Below, piece after piece: positions 14,145 through 27,869 of a DNA stretch of 64,000 bases. Under the pieces are notes generated by a model. That model did not search any database, was not told where the DNA came from, and saw only the letters and a program-made list of their open reading frames with translations. The stretch covers positions 186,001-250,000 of the forward strand of contig CAXHJY010000861.1 in NCBI GenBank assembly GCA_964016885.1, written 5' to 3'. Every line of letters begins with the position of its first letter. Within the stretch, counting starts at the first letter, position 1. Position numbers and translations under genes: made by a program. This DNA is from Eledone cirrhosa. Its lineage: Eukaryota.

Positions 14145-15082
14145 ATATATATTAATATTAATATTAAATGTTACTCATTTACTAGGTGTATTTTAGCTCA
14201 ATGCTATGACAGGATCAAACAGAACCAGTATATAGTTACAATGTACTTATAAACCACAAATTAAAAGTTCAAGACATTTAATCTCTGACAATTGTTTCAT
14301 CTCACAATAAAATACTACAGACAACAAATTATTTTATTTAACAATTTGCTATCAGTTAGTATAGACTATAGTATCATCAGAGTTTAATGAAAATACCAAT
14401 ACAAATCACTAAAAAAAAAATAGATAATATATATCACTTATCAAAATAAATCACAGTTAAAAAAATCATAGTTAAAAAAATATAGCTAAAAAAATATGAT
14501 AGTTCAGAAAATATGTTGTCAGTTGTATTAAAAGTTATTTGGAATTAGAATTTATAGTTTAAAAAATATAATAATTCAGTAAATATGTTGTCAGTTGTAA
14601 ACTCTGCTGACTCCTATAATTTATGCTAACTGATAGTAAATTGTTAAATAAAATAATTTGCTATCTGTGGTATATTGCTGTGGGTAGAAACAATAGGTCT
14701 GTAAGAAAAGTGTAACTATATATATATATATGTGTGCGTGTGTGTGTGAAGGTATATAAGATTTTGTTTACGTATATCAAGATTGAATACTTAAACAAGA
14801 TAACTACTTTCCAGAGAGTTTGACTCAACCGTATTCTTTGAATCATATAACATATTCTTCTACTATCTCCTCTTGCCAAGCTCAATATTTTCATGGTGCT
14901 ACACATGCTTATATCATATATAACAAGTTATCGTTTTAGTCAATCCAGTCAGAGGTTGTGAATACTCTGTACTATGGATAGTTTTAACGTACGGCGTTGT
15001 TTGACTCAACAAGAAGTTTCCTTAGTTAGGTAGCGAGTATGCGAGAATTCCCATGCAGGTTATTCTTGGAGTAAAAGGGTTT

Positions 15083-15526
15083 TACAAGGTAAATGCAACA
15101 CCAAAGCCATTGTATATGCGGCTAAAGTGACAACCACCAGCAATAACCTACCAGCCACCTCGAACGATATGTGGGTATGACACAAGACAAATTCAAAACG
15201 CGTTATTACTCACTGTCGCATCTTTCCGACATCCTGAAAAAAGATTTACAACAGCTCTGACTAGCAGAATATGGGATTTGAAAGACCAAGGTGTCCAATA
15301 TAAATTAGATTGGTCAATTTTGAACCAATCTAAAGAATATGCAAGAGGAACAAGAAGATGCGCACTCTGCATAAGTGAAAAATATTGGATTTTACAGAAC
15401 CTTAAAACACCAAAAACCTGCCTGAATGCAAAAACAGAAATTTTCACCAGTTGCCCACACATGAAATCACACTTGCTTTCCAACTCATATAAACTTAACT
15501 CACTTTTAGATACTTATCCTCCATAA
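15083..15526 (+). pseudogene. Penelope-like element GIY-YIG endonuclease fragment (frameshifted)
   Basis: Joined frames read LQGKCNTKAIVYAAKVT...RYVGMTQDKFKTRYY...SFRHPEKRFTTALTSRIWDLKDQG...WSIL...CALCISEKYWIL...LNAKTEIFTSCPH. This gives IVY/YVG motifs plus a CxxC...LN...CxH tail typical of PLE endonucleases. Confidence 0.85.
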
Positions 15527-15829
15527 ACTCTTGTTCTTCACCTTCCTTAACTTACCTTCTTTACAGACTTCTCTTTCTGATTTACTTTTATCTTTATTTT
15601 TTATTTTATTTTTACTTCACATCCACTAGTGACCCCCCCCCCCCTGATTTTTGATTCACTTACTTTATATCTTCACAATTTTACATATTTTACTTCCCCC
15701 TTTTCTTTCACTACTTGATATCGATGTCACTTGTGTTTTCAACTCCAGATATATTCTGTTGTCCCTCAGCCGCTTTTATGTGTTTACTTGCGTATAATTT
15801 GTACCCATTTATTCATACGCCTGGTTTTT

Positions 15830-16640
15830 ATATATGTATGTATGTATGCGTGTATGTGTGCATATATGTGTATATGTGTTTGTATATGTATACGAATGCA
15901 TTCGTATGTGCGTGTGTATGTGTATATGTGTGTGTGTGCTTTTATATCTATGTTTTTTACATATATATATATATATATGGTCGCGTGCGTGCAATTAGAT
16001 GTACATGTATGTATATATATGTGTATCGTGTGTATGTATGCGTGTTTTTGTATGTATGTACGCATGTATGTGTTTTTGTCTGTGCGTATATATATATTTT
16101 TTTTTATATATATATATGTGCGTACGAACTTCTGTATGTTTTCTACTTTTTATTTATTTTTTCTAGTGTTACTTTATAATTGATAACCCCTCCCTCTTAC
16201 TTTCTCTTTGACTTAATTTTTATTCTTATATATTATTTCATTAATTTTTCATATTTTATATTTTTATATCTGTATCAACCTTCAGTCTGACACTGCTTTG
16301 ACTGATACACTCCCTTCCCTGTATATATTACATACATGTATGTGGTTGCGCGTGTGTGTATGTTTATACGCGTGCGTCCTTTCATCCTTGTATGTGTATA
16401 TATTTCAATCCTTAGACCCTGAGTCTGTATGTACGTTAACTCTATTATCTTACAATTTCTTTTTTCAACATATATTATATACTTATTTGTGGTCACACAT
16501 ACACTAATATGTTTGCCCTCATGTATGTACTTACGCACACATTTCTTCACTATACACATGCATTTGTACATACACACATATGTACATTTGTAGGTGCATA
16601 TACACACATTTATACACATACCCTTACTATATTTCCTTAT
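15830..16640. repeat. Degenerate (TA)/(TG)/(TATG) low-complexity tract in the PLE 3' region
   Basis: Direct reading. Confidence 0.85.
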
Positions 16641-16744
16641 TCTATTTTATATATCTCTTGCATTACTTTTATTTATATATTTTTTTTGCCCGTTAAACTT
16701 TTGCCTTTCTTGAGGAGGTTTTTCAAACATTTCACTATGTTTTA

Positions 16745-16817
16745 AATTGCCTTGTCTGACAAACGAATGAGGACGTTTCTTGTATTCGTCTAATTCGGGA
16801 AACCTCTGGTAATGAGG

Positions 16818-16822
<5 letters not shown>
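16745..16822 (+). ncRNA. Type I hammerhead ribozyme motif (core variant CUGACAA, probably inactive)
   Basis: Stem I aattgccttgt/atgaggtaatt (11 bp with G-U), core CTGACAA at 16756-62, stem II cgaat/attcg, then GAAA-cc-tct-gGTA. It lies downstream of the GIY-YIG fragment on the same strand, followed by (TA)n. Confidence 0.7.
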
Positions 16823-16863
<41 letters not shown>

Positions 16864-16866
<3 letters not shown>

Positions 16867-17033
16867 TTCCACTGCAAAAGTGGTCGTGTAGGTGCCACGG
16901 TAAAAAAGCACCCAGCACTCACTGTAAATGAGGTTGGTGTTAGGAAGGGCATCCAGCTGTAGAAATCAAGCCAGAATCAGTTCCCGTCCTACCCTTGCAA
17001 GCAGGGAAAAGCGGACGTAAAATGAAATGATGA
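16864..17033 (+). mobile_element. RTE-type 3' tail fragment
   Basis: ggtgttaggaagggcatccagctgtagaaa...ggacgtaaaatgaaatgatga; near-identical to 58850-59020. Confidence 0.8.
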
Positions 17034-17089
17034 TATATATATATATATATACATAATTCTTAAAACTAATATTGAAATGTTGTGCCTAC

Positions 17090-17230
17090 CTTGGAATTAA
17101 TGAAGTTCTTGGATGTTTTCATTACTAATTCCTGATGTATTCCATAATCACGTGAGAGAATCTGAAGAAATACACTTTTCTCTTGCGGCATCAGTTTTTC
17201 ATAAAATGTACAGAAGGCTTTACATTTTCT
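17090..17230 (-). CDS. MLYCD: Malonyl-CoA decarboxylase internal exon (141 nt, phase 0/0)
   Basis: Acceptor ttttgtttttgttttcag, donor AAG|gtagg. It translates RKCKAFCTFYEKLMPQEKSVFLQILSRDYGIHQELVMKTSKNFINSK, which resembles the recalled human MCD segment GQCADFVSFYGGL...LLGRLARGFGVDHGQV. Confidence 0.88.
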
Positions 17231-17279
17231 CTGAAAACAAAAACAAAAAAATAAATAAATTTTGAGACAACCTCATGCT

Positions 17280-17287
17280 TCTCTCCC

Positions 17288-17329
<42 letters not shown>

Positions 17330-17398
17330 GTCTCCCCCCCCTCTTTCTCTATCTCCCTCTCTTTCAGCAGTCTCTTTCTCTCTATCTCTCTCTCTCTC
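17280..17398. repeat. (CT)n microsatellite
   Basis: Direct reading. Confidence 0.9.
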
Positions 17399-17789
17399 AC
17401 ATATTTATAATGAAATATACTCTCAATTAATTAATGCAGAATTTTGAAGGATTTACTTAAATTATTAATTATTTCATTCTTAATTTAATAACATGATTGT
17501 ATATGTTGGAAGAAGTAGATTTATATAGGAATTATTTGAAATGTGTGGCTTTCTTTTATAGAAGCAGGGCTGGCTTTGGCTGGGTTGGTATCGTAAGGGT
17601 TACTAGAGTATGACTTGGTGTCAGTTTTTTGTATTTTTTATTTTGTTTTTTCCAATTGTAGTTAAATCTTGTGCTACAAAACAAGAAAAACAAAAGCAAT
17701 GAAGCTCATGAATCAGAGTTTCCTCTACAAGGTCACTCAATCTGATAGAAATAGCAGCCAAAACTCCCTTGAATTAAACCCTCTTCTTC

Positions 17790-18012
17790 TTCACCCACTT
17801 ATTCCTAAGAGAGTTATTGGGGGCAGAGACCTCAAACACTCCTTCCAGCGGGTCCTGTCAGAAGGAACCATCCCCAAACGAGACCAGCCAAGCTCATGGA
17901 TGTTATCCAACCATCTTGCTCGTAGTCTACCCCTGGGTTTCCTGCTGGTTGGTTTTGCCCATAAAATCGGTTCTCTGAAGTCACTGCTCGTAGGGAGAAA
18001 CATTTTTGTCAA
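17790..18012 (-). mobile_element. RTE LINE ORF C-terminal fragment
   Basis: ILWAKPTSRKPRGRLRARWLDNI..LGWSRLG...DRTRWK matches the RPRGRP..RW.D motif of RTE C-termini. Confidence 0.75.
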
Positions 18013-18089
18013 CAGTGGGGGTAGCTCTCTAAACTTCTATCCTATTATGCTCTCAGAACATCATCCTCCACTGCTAATTATGCATTGCT

Positions 18090-18860
18090 AATTATGATTG
18101 CTTCTTTGATCCTACAACTATATGTTTCAATATCTGGTCCTTCTGTTGTGTAAGTTGGGGGTAGCTTCTCTTCCTCCCATTCATTCTCAACATTTACCAA
18201 TCTCTCATAGTAACATTTCCTGGCCTCTTTCTTTCGAGCATCAGTGGTGTTAAGAGCACCAGCGTCATTTCAAACACATTTTTCCCCAACAAGTCTCATC
18301 AGTAGTTTGCAATTTTCAGTTGTCCTCTATGTTATATGTATCTAGCTCATCACCCCTCTCATCTACTGTATCCTGTAGGGATTTCTAAACCTATATTTAC
18401 CCAAAAGGTCCTTTAGCTTCCAAACCCTCTGACTCCATATTTTCCTGCATATCTTGTTCTGTCTCATGTTTATTTTGACGTCACTAATACCTAACTTGTG
18501 TTAGGTGGTGCATTCTTCCCCAGGGTAGGCCTTAGTGTTTATTACAGTCTATCTTTTCTTATGGGTAGGCAATCAATCTTGCTTGTGTGTTCACCTGATT
18601 GATATGTAATCAGGTGGTTGGTTTTCTGAAATTTATGTTGTAAATGGTTAGTTTATTTGCATCACAGAATTCCAGGAATCTCAGCCCCTCTTCATTCCTT
18701 CAGCCATAACCATAGCTGCCATGAACTCCAGACTCTGTCCTGGTACTGTCCTACATGTCCTTTGGAGTCACTTGCCAAGATGATGACATCCCTTTCATCT
18801 ATAAAAGTTCCTCATAGAACCTGTCCCTTAGGTCTTTACCCAGTCCTGTCTGTGGAGCAG
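18090..18860 (-). mobile_element. Degenerate RTE fragment, inverted near-identical copy of 52245-53020
   Basis: 18421-18660 is the exact reverse complement of ~52440-52678 by eye, and both copies share the same internal deletion junction. Confidence 0.9.
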
Positions 18861-18881
18861 AGGTAGAAGCCACACTTTACT

Positions 18882-19005
18882 GTGTATATGTGAACATGTG
18901 TGTATGTGTGTACATGTGTGTACAAATGTGTGTATGTGTGTAAATATGTGTGTATGTGTGTGTGTAAATGTGTAGATATGTGTATGTGTGTACATGTGTG
19001 TATGT
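18882..19005. repeat. (TG)/(TATG) microsatellite
   Basis: Direct reading. Confidence 0.9.
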
Positions 19006-19280
19006 CCGAATGAGTACCCTCCACTTCTAGGTCCCCACTGACAGAATGGAGAATGCATTGCCCCAGAGGATGGCGAGGAAGACACTGGAACAACCACTCT
19101 ACCACAAACCTATCAGAGAGTAGGGATGTAGTCTGAGGGCCAAGAACACAGCAAGTCTCCACTGCTACAGGTTCTGCCACAAACCTATCACAGCCACTAA
19201 TTAGACAGCAATTTAACACATAGTTCTTATATAAAATTATCTTGAAACTTTTAAATTTAAAAAAGGAACTCTATAAAATG

Positions 19281-22200
19281 GATGGTTTGTTACATAGAAC
19301 CAGAGATGGTTTGTTATATAGAACTAGAAATGGCTGTTACATAGAACCAGAGATGGTTTGTTACATAGAACAAGAAATGGTTTGTTACAAAGAACCAGAG
19401 ATGGTTTGTTACATAGAACCAGAGATGGTTTGTTACATAGAACTAGAAATAGTTTGTTACATAGAACCAGAGGTAGTTTGTTACATAGAACCAGAGATGA
19501 TTTGTTACATAGAACCAGAGGTAGTTTGTTACATAGAACCAGAGGTAGTTTGTTACATAGCACCAGAAATGGTTTGTTACATAGAACCAGAAATAGTTTG
19601 TTACATAGAACCAGAAATAGTTTGTTACATAGAACCAGAGATGGTTTGTTACATAGAACCAGAAATAGTTTGTTACAAAGAACCAGAGATGGTTTGTTAC
19701 ATAGAACCAGAGATGGTTTGTTACATAGAACTAGAAATAGTTTGTTACATAGAACCAAAGGTAGTTTGTTACATAGAACCAGAAATAGTTTGTTACATAG
19801 AACCAGAAGTAGTTTGTTACATAGAACCAGAAATAGTTTGTTACATAGAACCAGAGGTAGTTTGTTACATAGAACCAGAGATGATTTGTTACATAGAACC
19901 AGAAATAGTTTGTTACATAGAACCAGAGGTAGTTTGTTACATAGAACCAGAGATGGTTTGTTACATAGAACCAGAGGTAGTTTGTTACGTAGAACCAGAG
20001 GTAGTTTGTTACATAGAACCAGAGATGGTATGTTACATAGAACCAGATGTAGTTTATTACATAGAACCAGATATGGTTTGTTACATAGAACTAGAGATGG
20101 TTTGTTACATAGAACCAGAAATGGTTTGTTACATAGAACCAGAAATGGTTTGTTACATAGAACCAGAGATGGTTTGTTACATAGAACCAGAGGTAGTATG
20201 TTACATAGAACCAGAGATGGTTTGTTACATAGAACCAGAGGTAGTTTGTTACATAGAACCAGAAATGGTTTGTTACATAGAACCAGAGGTAGTTTGATAC
20301 ATAGAACCAGAGATGGTTTGTTACAAAGCACCAGAAATGGTTTGTTACATAGAACCAGAGATGGTTTGTTACACAGAACCAGAAATAGTTTGTTACATAG
20401 AACCAGAAATGGTTTGTTACATAGAACCAGAGGTAGTATGATACATAGAACCAGAGATGGTTTGTTACAAAGCACCAGAAATGGTTTGTTACATAGCACG
20501 AGAGATGGTTTGTTACATAGATCCAGAGGTAGTGTGTTACATAGAACCAGAAATGGTTTGTTACATAGAACCAGAAATGGTTTGTTTCATAGAACCAGAA
20601 ATGGTTTGTTTCATAGAACCAGAAATGGTTTGTTACATAGAACCAGAGGTAGTATGTTACATAGAACCAGAGATGGTTTGTTACAGAGAACCAGATGTAG
20701 TTTGTTACATAGAACCAGAGATGGTTTGTTACATAGAACCAGAGATGGTTTGTTACATAGAACCAGAAATGGTTTGTTAAATAGAACCAGAAATCGTTTG
20801 TTACATAGAACCAGAAATGGTTTGTTACATAGAACCAGAGATGGTTTGTTACATAGAACCAGAGGTAGTTTGTTACATAGAACCAGAGGTAGTTTGTTAC
20901 ATAGAACCAGAAATAGTTTGTTACATAGAACCAGAAATAGTTTGTTACATAGAACCAGAGATGGTTTGTTACATAGAACCAGAGATGGTTTGTTACATAG
21001 AACTAGAAATAGTTTGTTACATAGAACCAGAGGTAGTTTGTTACATAGAACCAGAAATGGTATGTTACATAGAACCAGATGTAGTTTGTTACATAGAAGC
21101 AGATGTAGTTTGTTACATAGAACCAGAGGTAGTTTGTTACATAGAACCAGAGATTGTTTGTTACATAGAACCAGAGGTAGTTTGTTACATAGAACCAGAG
21201 GTAGTTTGTTACATAGAACCAGAGGTAGTTTGTTACATAGAACCAGAAATAGTTTGTTACATAGAACCAGAGATGGTTTGTTACATAGAACCAGAGATGG
21301 TTTGTTACATAGAACTAGAAATAGTTTGTTACATAGAACCAGAGGTAGTTTGTTACATAGAACCAGAAATGGTATGTTACATAGAACCAGATGTAGTTTG
21401 TTACATAGAAGCAGATGTAGTTTGTTACATAGAACCAGAGGTAGTTTGTTACATAGAACCAGAGATTGTTTGTTACATAGAACCAGAGGTAGTTTGTTAC
21501 ATAGAACCAGAGGTAGTTTGTTACATAGAGCCAGAGGTAGTTTGTTACATAGAACCAGAGATGGTATGTTACATAGAACCAGATGTAGTTTGTTACATAG
21601 AACCAGATGTAGTTTGTTACATAGAACCAGAGGTAATTTGTTACATAGAACCAGAGATAGTTTGTTACATAGAACCAGAGGTAGTTTGTTACATAGAACC
21701 AGAGGTAGTTTGTTACATAGAACCAGAAATGGTTTGTTACATAGAACCAGAAATAGTTTGTTACATAGAACCAGAGGTAGTTTGTTACATAGAACCAGAG
21801 ATGGTATGTTACATAGAACCAGATCTAGTTTGTAACATAGAACCAGATATGGTTTGTTACATAGAACTAGAGATGGTTTGTTACATAGAACCAGAAATGG
21901 TTTGTTACATAGAACCAGAAATGGTTTGTTACATGGAACCAGAGGTAATTTGTTACATAGAACCAGAAATGATTTGTTACAAAGAACCAGAAATGGTTTG
22001 TTACCTACAACCAGAGATGGTTTGTTACAAACAACCAGAAATGGTTTGTTACATAGAAGCAGAGATGGCTTGTTACATAGAACCAGAGGTAGTTTGTAAC
22101 ATAGAACCTGAAATGGTTTGTTACATAGAACCAGAGGTAGTTTGTTACATAGAACCAGAGATGGTTTGTTACAAAGCACCAGAAATGGGTTGTTACATAG

Positions 22201-25200
22201 AATCAGAAATGGTTTGTTACATAGAACCAGAGGTAGTATGTTACATAGAACCAGGGATGGTTTGTTACAAAGCACCAGAAATGGTTTGTTACATAGAACC
22301 AGAGATGGTTTGTTATATAGAACCAGAGGTAGTTTGTTACATAGAACCAGAAATGGTTTGTTACATAGAACCAGAAATGGTTTGTTACATTGAACCAGAG
22401 ATGGTTTGTTACATAGAACCAGAGATGGTTTGTTACATAGAACCAGAAATGGTTTGTTACATTGAACCAGAGATGGTTTGTTACATAGAACCAGAGATGG
22501 TTTGTTACATAGAACCGGAGGTAGTTTGTTACGTAGAACCAGTGGTAGTTTGTTACATAGAACCAAAAATTGTTTGTTACATAGAACCAGATGTAGTTTG
22601 TTACATAGAACTAGAGATGGTATGTTATATAGAACCAGAGATGGTTTGTTACGTAGAACCAGAGGTAGTTTGTTACATAGAACCAGAGATGGTTAGTTAC
22701 ATAGAACCAGAGGTAGTTTGTTACATAGAACCAGAGGTAGTTTGTTACATAGAACCAGAAATGGTTTGTTACATAGAAGCAGAAATAGTTTGTTACATAG
22801 AACCAGAGGTCGTTTGTTACATAGAACCAGAGATGGTTTGTTACATAGAACCAGAGGTAGTTTGTTACATAGAACCAGAGATGGTTAGTTACATAGAACC
22901 AGAGGTAGTTTGTTACATAGAACCAGAGGTAGTTTGTTACATAGAACCAGAAATGGTTTGTTACATAGAAGCAGAAATAGTTTGTTACATAGAACCAGAG
23001 GTAGTTTGTTACATAGAACCAGAGATGGTATGTTACATAGAACCAGATGTAGTTTGTTACATAGAACCAGATATGGTTTGTTACATAGAACCAGAAATGG
23101 TTTGTTACAAAGAACCAGAAATGGTTTGTTACAAAGAACCAGAAACAGTTTGTTACATACAACCAGAGATGGTTTGTTACAAACAACCAGAAATGATTTG
23201 TTACATAGAACCAGAGATGGTTTGTTACATAGAACCAGAGGTAGTATGTTACATAGAACCAGAGATGGTTTGTTACATAGAACCAGAGGTAGTTTGTTAC
23301 ATAGAACCAGAAATGGTTTGTTACATAGAACCAGAGGTAGTTTGTTACATAGAACCAGAGATGGTTTGTTACAAAGCACCAGAAATGGTTTGTTACATAG
23401 AACCAGAGATGGTTTGTTACATAGAACCAGAAATGGTTTGTTACATAGAACCAGAAATGGTTTATTACATAGAACCAGAGATGGTTTGTTACAAAGCACC
23501 AGAAATGGTTTGTTACATAGCACGAGAGATGGTTTGTTACATAGATCCAGAGGTAGTTTGTTACATAGAACCAGAAATGGTTGGTTACAAAGAACCAGAA
23601 ATGGTTTGTTACATAGAACCAGAAATGGTTTGTTTCATAGAACCAGAAATGGTTTGTTACATAGAACCAGAGGTAGTATGTTACATAGAACCAGAGATGG
23701 TTTGTTACATAGAAGCAGAGATGGTTTGTTACGTAGAACCAGAAATGGTTTGTTAAATAGAACCAGAAATGGTTTGTTACAAAGAACCAGAAATGGTTTG
23801 TTACCTACAACCAGAGATGGTTTGTTACAAACAACCAGAAATGGTTTGTTACATAGAAGCAGAGATGGCTTGTTACATAGAACCAGAGGTAGTTTGTAAC
23901 ATAGAACCTGAAATGGTTTGTTACATAGAACCAGAGGTAGTTTGTTACATAGAACCAGAGATGGTTTGTTACAAAGCACCAGAAATGGTTTGTTACATAG
24001 AACCAGAGATGGTTTGTTACATAGAACCAGAAATGGTTTGTTACATAGAACCAGAAATGGTTTATTACATAGAACCAGAGATGGTTTGTTACAAAGCACT
24101 AGAAATGGTTTGTTACATAGCACGAGAGATGGTTTGTTACATAGATCCAGAGGTAGTTTGTTACATAGAACCAGAAATGGTTGGTTACAAAGAACCAGAA
24201 ATGGTTTGTTACATAGAACCAGAAATGGTTTGTTACATAGAACCAGAGGTAGTATGTTACATAGAACCAGAGATGGTTTGTTACAGAGAACCAGATGTAG
24301 TTTGTTACATAGAACCAGAGATGGTTTGTTACATAGAAGCAGAGATGGTTTGTTACGTAGAACCAGAAATGGTTTGTTAAATAGAACCAGAAATGGTTTG
24401 TTACAAAGAACCAGAAATGGTTTGTTACCTACAACCAGAGATGGTTTGTTACAAACAACCAGAAATGGTTTGTTACATAGAAGCAGAGATGGCTTGTTAC
24501 ATAGAACCAGAGGTAGTTTGTAACATAGAACCTGAAATGGTTTGTTACATAGAACCAGAGGTAGTTTGTTACATAGAACCAGAGATGGTTTGTTACAAAG
24601 CACCAGAAATGGGTTGTTACATAGAATCAGAAATGGTTTGTTACATAGAACCAGAGGTAGTATGTTACATAGAACCAGAGGTAGTATGTTACATAGAACC
24701 AGAGACGGTTTGTTACAAAGCACCAGAAATGGTTTGTTACATAGAACCAGAGATGGTTTGTTACATAGAACCAGAGATGGTTTGTTACATAGAACCAGAA
24801 ATAGTTTGTTACAAAGAACCAGAGATGGTTTGTTACATAGAACCAGAGATGGTTTGTTACAAAGCACCAGAAATGGTTTGTTACATAGAACCAGAGGTAG
24901 TTTGTTACATAGAACCAGAAATGGTTTGTTACATAGAACCAGAAATGGTTTGTTACATTGAACCAGAGATGGTTTGTTACATAGAACCAGAGATGGTTTG
25001 TTACATAGAACCAGAGGTAGTTTGTTACGTAGAACCAGAGGTAGTTTGTTACATAGAACCAAAAATAGTTTGTTACATAGAACCAAAAATAGTTTGTTAC
25101 ATAGAACCAGAAATAGTTTGTTACATAGAACTAGAGATGGTATGTTATATAGAACCAGAGATGGTTTGTTACGTAGAACCAGAGGTCGTTTGTTACATAG

Positions 25201-26318
25201 AACCAGAGATGGTTTGTTAAATAGAACCAGAGGTAGTTTGTTACATAGAACCAGAGGTAGTTTGTTACATAGAACCAGAAATGGTTTGTTACATAGAAGC
25301 AGAAATAGTTTGTTACATAGAACTAGAGATGGTTTGTTACATAGAACCAGAAATGGTTTGTTACATAGAATCAGAAATGGTTTGTTACATAGAACCAGAA
25401 ATGGTTTGTTACATAGAACCAGAGATGGTTTGTTACATAGAACCAGAAATGGTTCGTTACATAGAAACAGATGTAGTTTGTTACATAGAACCAGAAATGG
25501 TTTGTTACATAGAACCAGATGTAGTTTGTTACATAGAACCAGAAATGGTTTGTTACATAGAACCAGAGATGGTTTGTTACATAGAACCAGAAATGGTTTG
25601 TTACATAGAACCAGAGATGGTTTGTTACATAGAACCAGAGATGGTTTGTTACATAGAACCAGAGATGGTTTGTTACATAGAACCAGAGGTAGTTTGCTAC
25701 ATAGAACCAGAGATGGTTTGTTACATAGAACCAGAGATGGTTTGTTTCATAGAACCAGATGTAGTTTGTTACATAGAACCAAAGATGGTTTGTTACATAG
25801 AACCAGAGATGGTTTGTTACATAGAACCAGAAATGGTTTGTTATATAAAACCAGAAATGGTTTGTTATATAGAACCAGAAATGGTTTGTTATATAGAACC
25901 AGAAATGGTTTGTTACATAGAACCAGAGGTAGTTTGTTACATAGAACCAGAAATGGTTTGTTACATAGAACCAGAGGTAGTTTGTTACATAGAACCAGAA
26001 ATGGTTTGTTACATAGAACCAGAGGTAGTTTGTTACATAGAACCAGAAATGGTTTGTTATATAGAACCAGAAATGGTTTGTTACATAGAACCAGAGATGG
26101 TTTGTTAAATAGAGCCAGAAATGGTTTGTTATATAGAACCAGAAATGGTTTGTTACATAGAACCAGAGATGGTTTGTTATATAGAACCAGAAATGGTTTG
26201 TTACATAGAACCAGAAATGGTTTGTTACATAGAACCAGAAATGGTTTGTTATATAGAACCAGATATGGTTTGTTATATAGAACCAGGGGTAGTTTGTTAC
26301 ATAGAACCAGAAATGGTT
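19281..26318. repeat. 24-bp tandem satellite, ~290 copies, filling most of the MLYCD intron between the two exons
   Basis: Monomer ATAGAACCAGAGATGGTTTGTTAC with variants. The array ends ~45 bp from the donor at 26363. Confidence 0.98.
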
Positions 26319-26363
26319 TTGGTCAGGTTGGTATCAAAAGGATAAAGACAAAAATTATTTCAC

Positions 26364-26501
26364 CTCAGAATTGGCTAGTGGTCCAACTTCCTTCAAATGG
26401 AATATATCTTCTAGGAATAACTGAATTCGACCAGATTTTGTGGCTTCCATATTCCAAACAGACCGAATCTTCAGCTTAATCACAGGATTGAAATGCCACA
26501 C
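26364..26501 (-). CDS. MLYCD: Malonyl-CoA decarboxylase N-terminal exon (138 nt, phase 0/0)
   Basis: Acceptor ttttattttattttcgtgtctacataatag, donor GAG|gtgaa. The open frame VWHFNPVIKLKIRSVWNMEATKSGRIQLFLEDIFHLKEVGPLANSE joins the next exon in frame to give ANSE-RKCKAF (human PAE-GQCADF). Confidence 0.75.
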
Positions 26502-26620
26502 CTATTATGTAGACACGAAAATAAAATAAAAATTTATATTTGCTTACATGTTAACAAAATATAAATACAATTCCATTTCTATAGAAAGACATAAGAATGT
26601 GTTAGTATTATCAATAGAGA

Positions 26621-26845
26621 GTAGGGCAGTGGATTAGCAGGATCAGTAGAGTGTCTGACACTATGGTTCGCAGCATAGTTACGGCCCTTTACGTAGTGAT
26701 TTCAAATCCTGCCGAGATTAGCTTTACTTTCCATCCTTACAGGGTAGATAAAATAAAGTACCAGTAATACATTGGGGTCAATTTAATCGACTTTCCCCTC
26801 CCCCCAAATTGTTGGCCTCGTACCTAAATCAGAAATCAGTATTAA
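26621..26845 (+). mobile_element. tRNA-derived SINE with Deu/Nin-like core
   Basis: A/B-box-like head (tggattagcagg...atttcaaatcc) and core ttccatccttacagggtagataaaataaagtaccagt; related copies occur at 38195, 38955 and 50615. Confidence 0.8.
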
Positions 26846-27869
26846 TAGAGGGTCATGTGACCCTGTTGTAGAAGACACCTAGGACCCCCCCCCCCCGGGC
26901 ATTGTTACCTGAAATCACTGCTCGACCACATGACTGTTTAACGATAAAGAACATGTCACCATCACCATCGTTCCCTTTCCATACTGACACTGGACAGGTT
27001 ATGGTTTGAGATGATCCAAGACTTGACAAATCACAGAAATACCTTTTTACTCATACATTCCATATTTGGCATGGGTTCTACAGCTGGATGACCTTCCTAA
27101 CATCAAACACCTTGTTTTTTATGACACTTTTTGTTGGCTTTTAATCTATGTCAATGCTACTAAGTACTCTCGGGGTAGAAGGGGTAGAATTTGGGGGCGG
27201 GGCGTCAGGAATTTTTCTAGGTTATCTCCATCGATTTTTTTTAAAAACCAGAATTAGTTGTTTAGTTTACATTAGACCAACCCACCCTATTTATTTTATA
27301 AATGTATGGGATTTCTAGTAATGTAGAAAATTGTCACAGGAATACTACCACTTAACATTTCACCAGAGATAAATTAGCAAAATTTAACAAGCTGGGGTAG
27401 GGATGGAATAATAGCGAGGGGGGAATATGAAAACCTAATAAGCAGGTGGGTATGATTATTGAAAACCCAAGAGTAAAGTATTTAGGGATAATTAAGCTGG
27501 AGTAATTTCCCTTCACCATCTCCTTAATTGTAAGTTAATTAGCTGACAATAATTATTTTACAGCTAATAAGACTAAAATGTTGCTCTCCCTCCACTATTT
27601 AACTTTAAACACTCACAACGATGGCTGTCCCTCTAGTCACCTGACCTGGTAGAAATAGCAGCCAAATCTAATTTGCACACTATTGTCTGACCCCATCCAC
27701 ACACACACATATACACATGGCACATACAAAAGTACATTCAGTTTTCTATACTATAGATCAGAATAAAGTCCAGAAATATGATAACCAGAAGACCTTAGTC
27801 ATATTTGTTACCTTGGGAATAAACATTAATAACAATGGCAATTGTAGCCTTATATTCCATATATATATA

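Noticed and set aside
14998-15080. Minus-strand GAAAC...GTT hammerhead-like motif
   Set aside because: No recognisable CUGANGA core.
19242-26479. VCYIEPEM / LLHRTRDG / LVLCNKP repeat ORFs
   Set aside because: The same artefact with a 24-bp unit; there are scattered stops in every frame.
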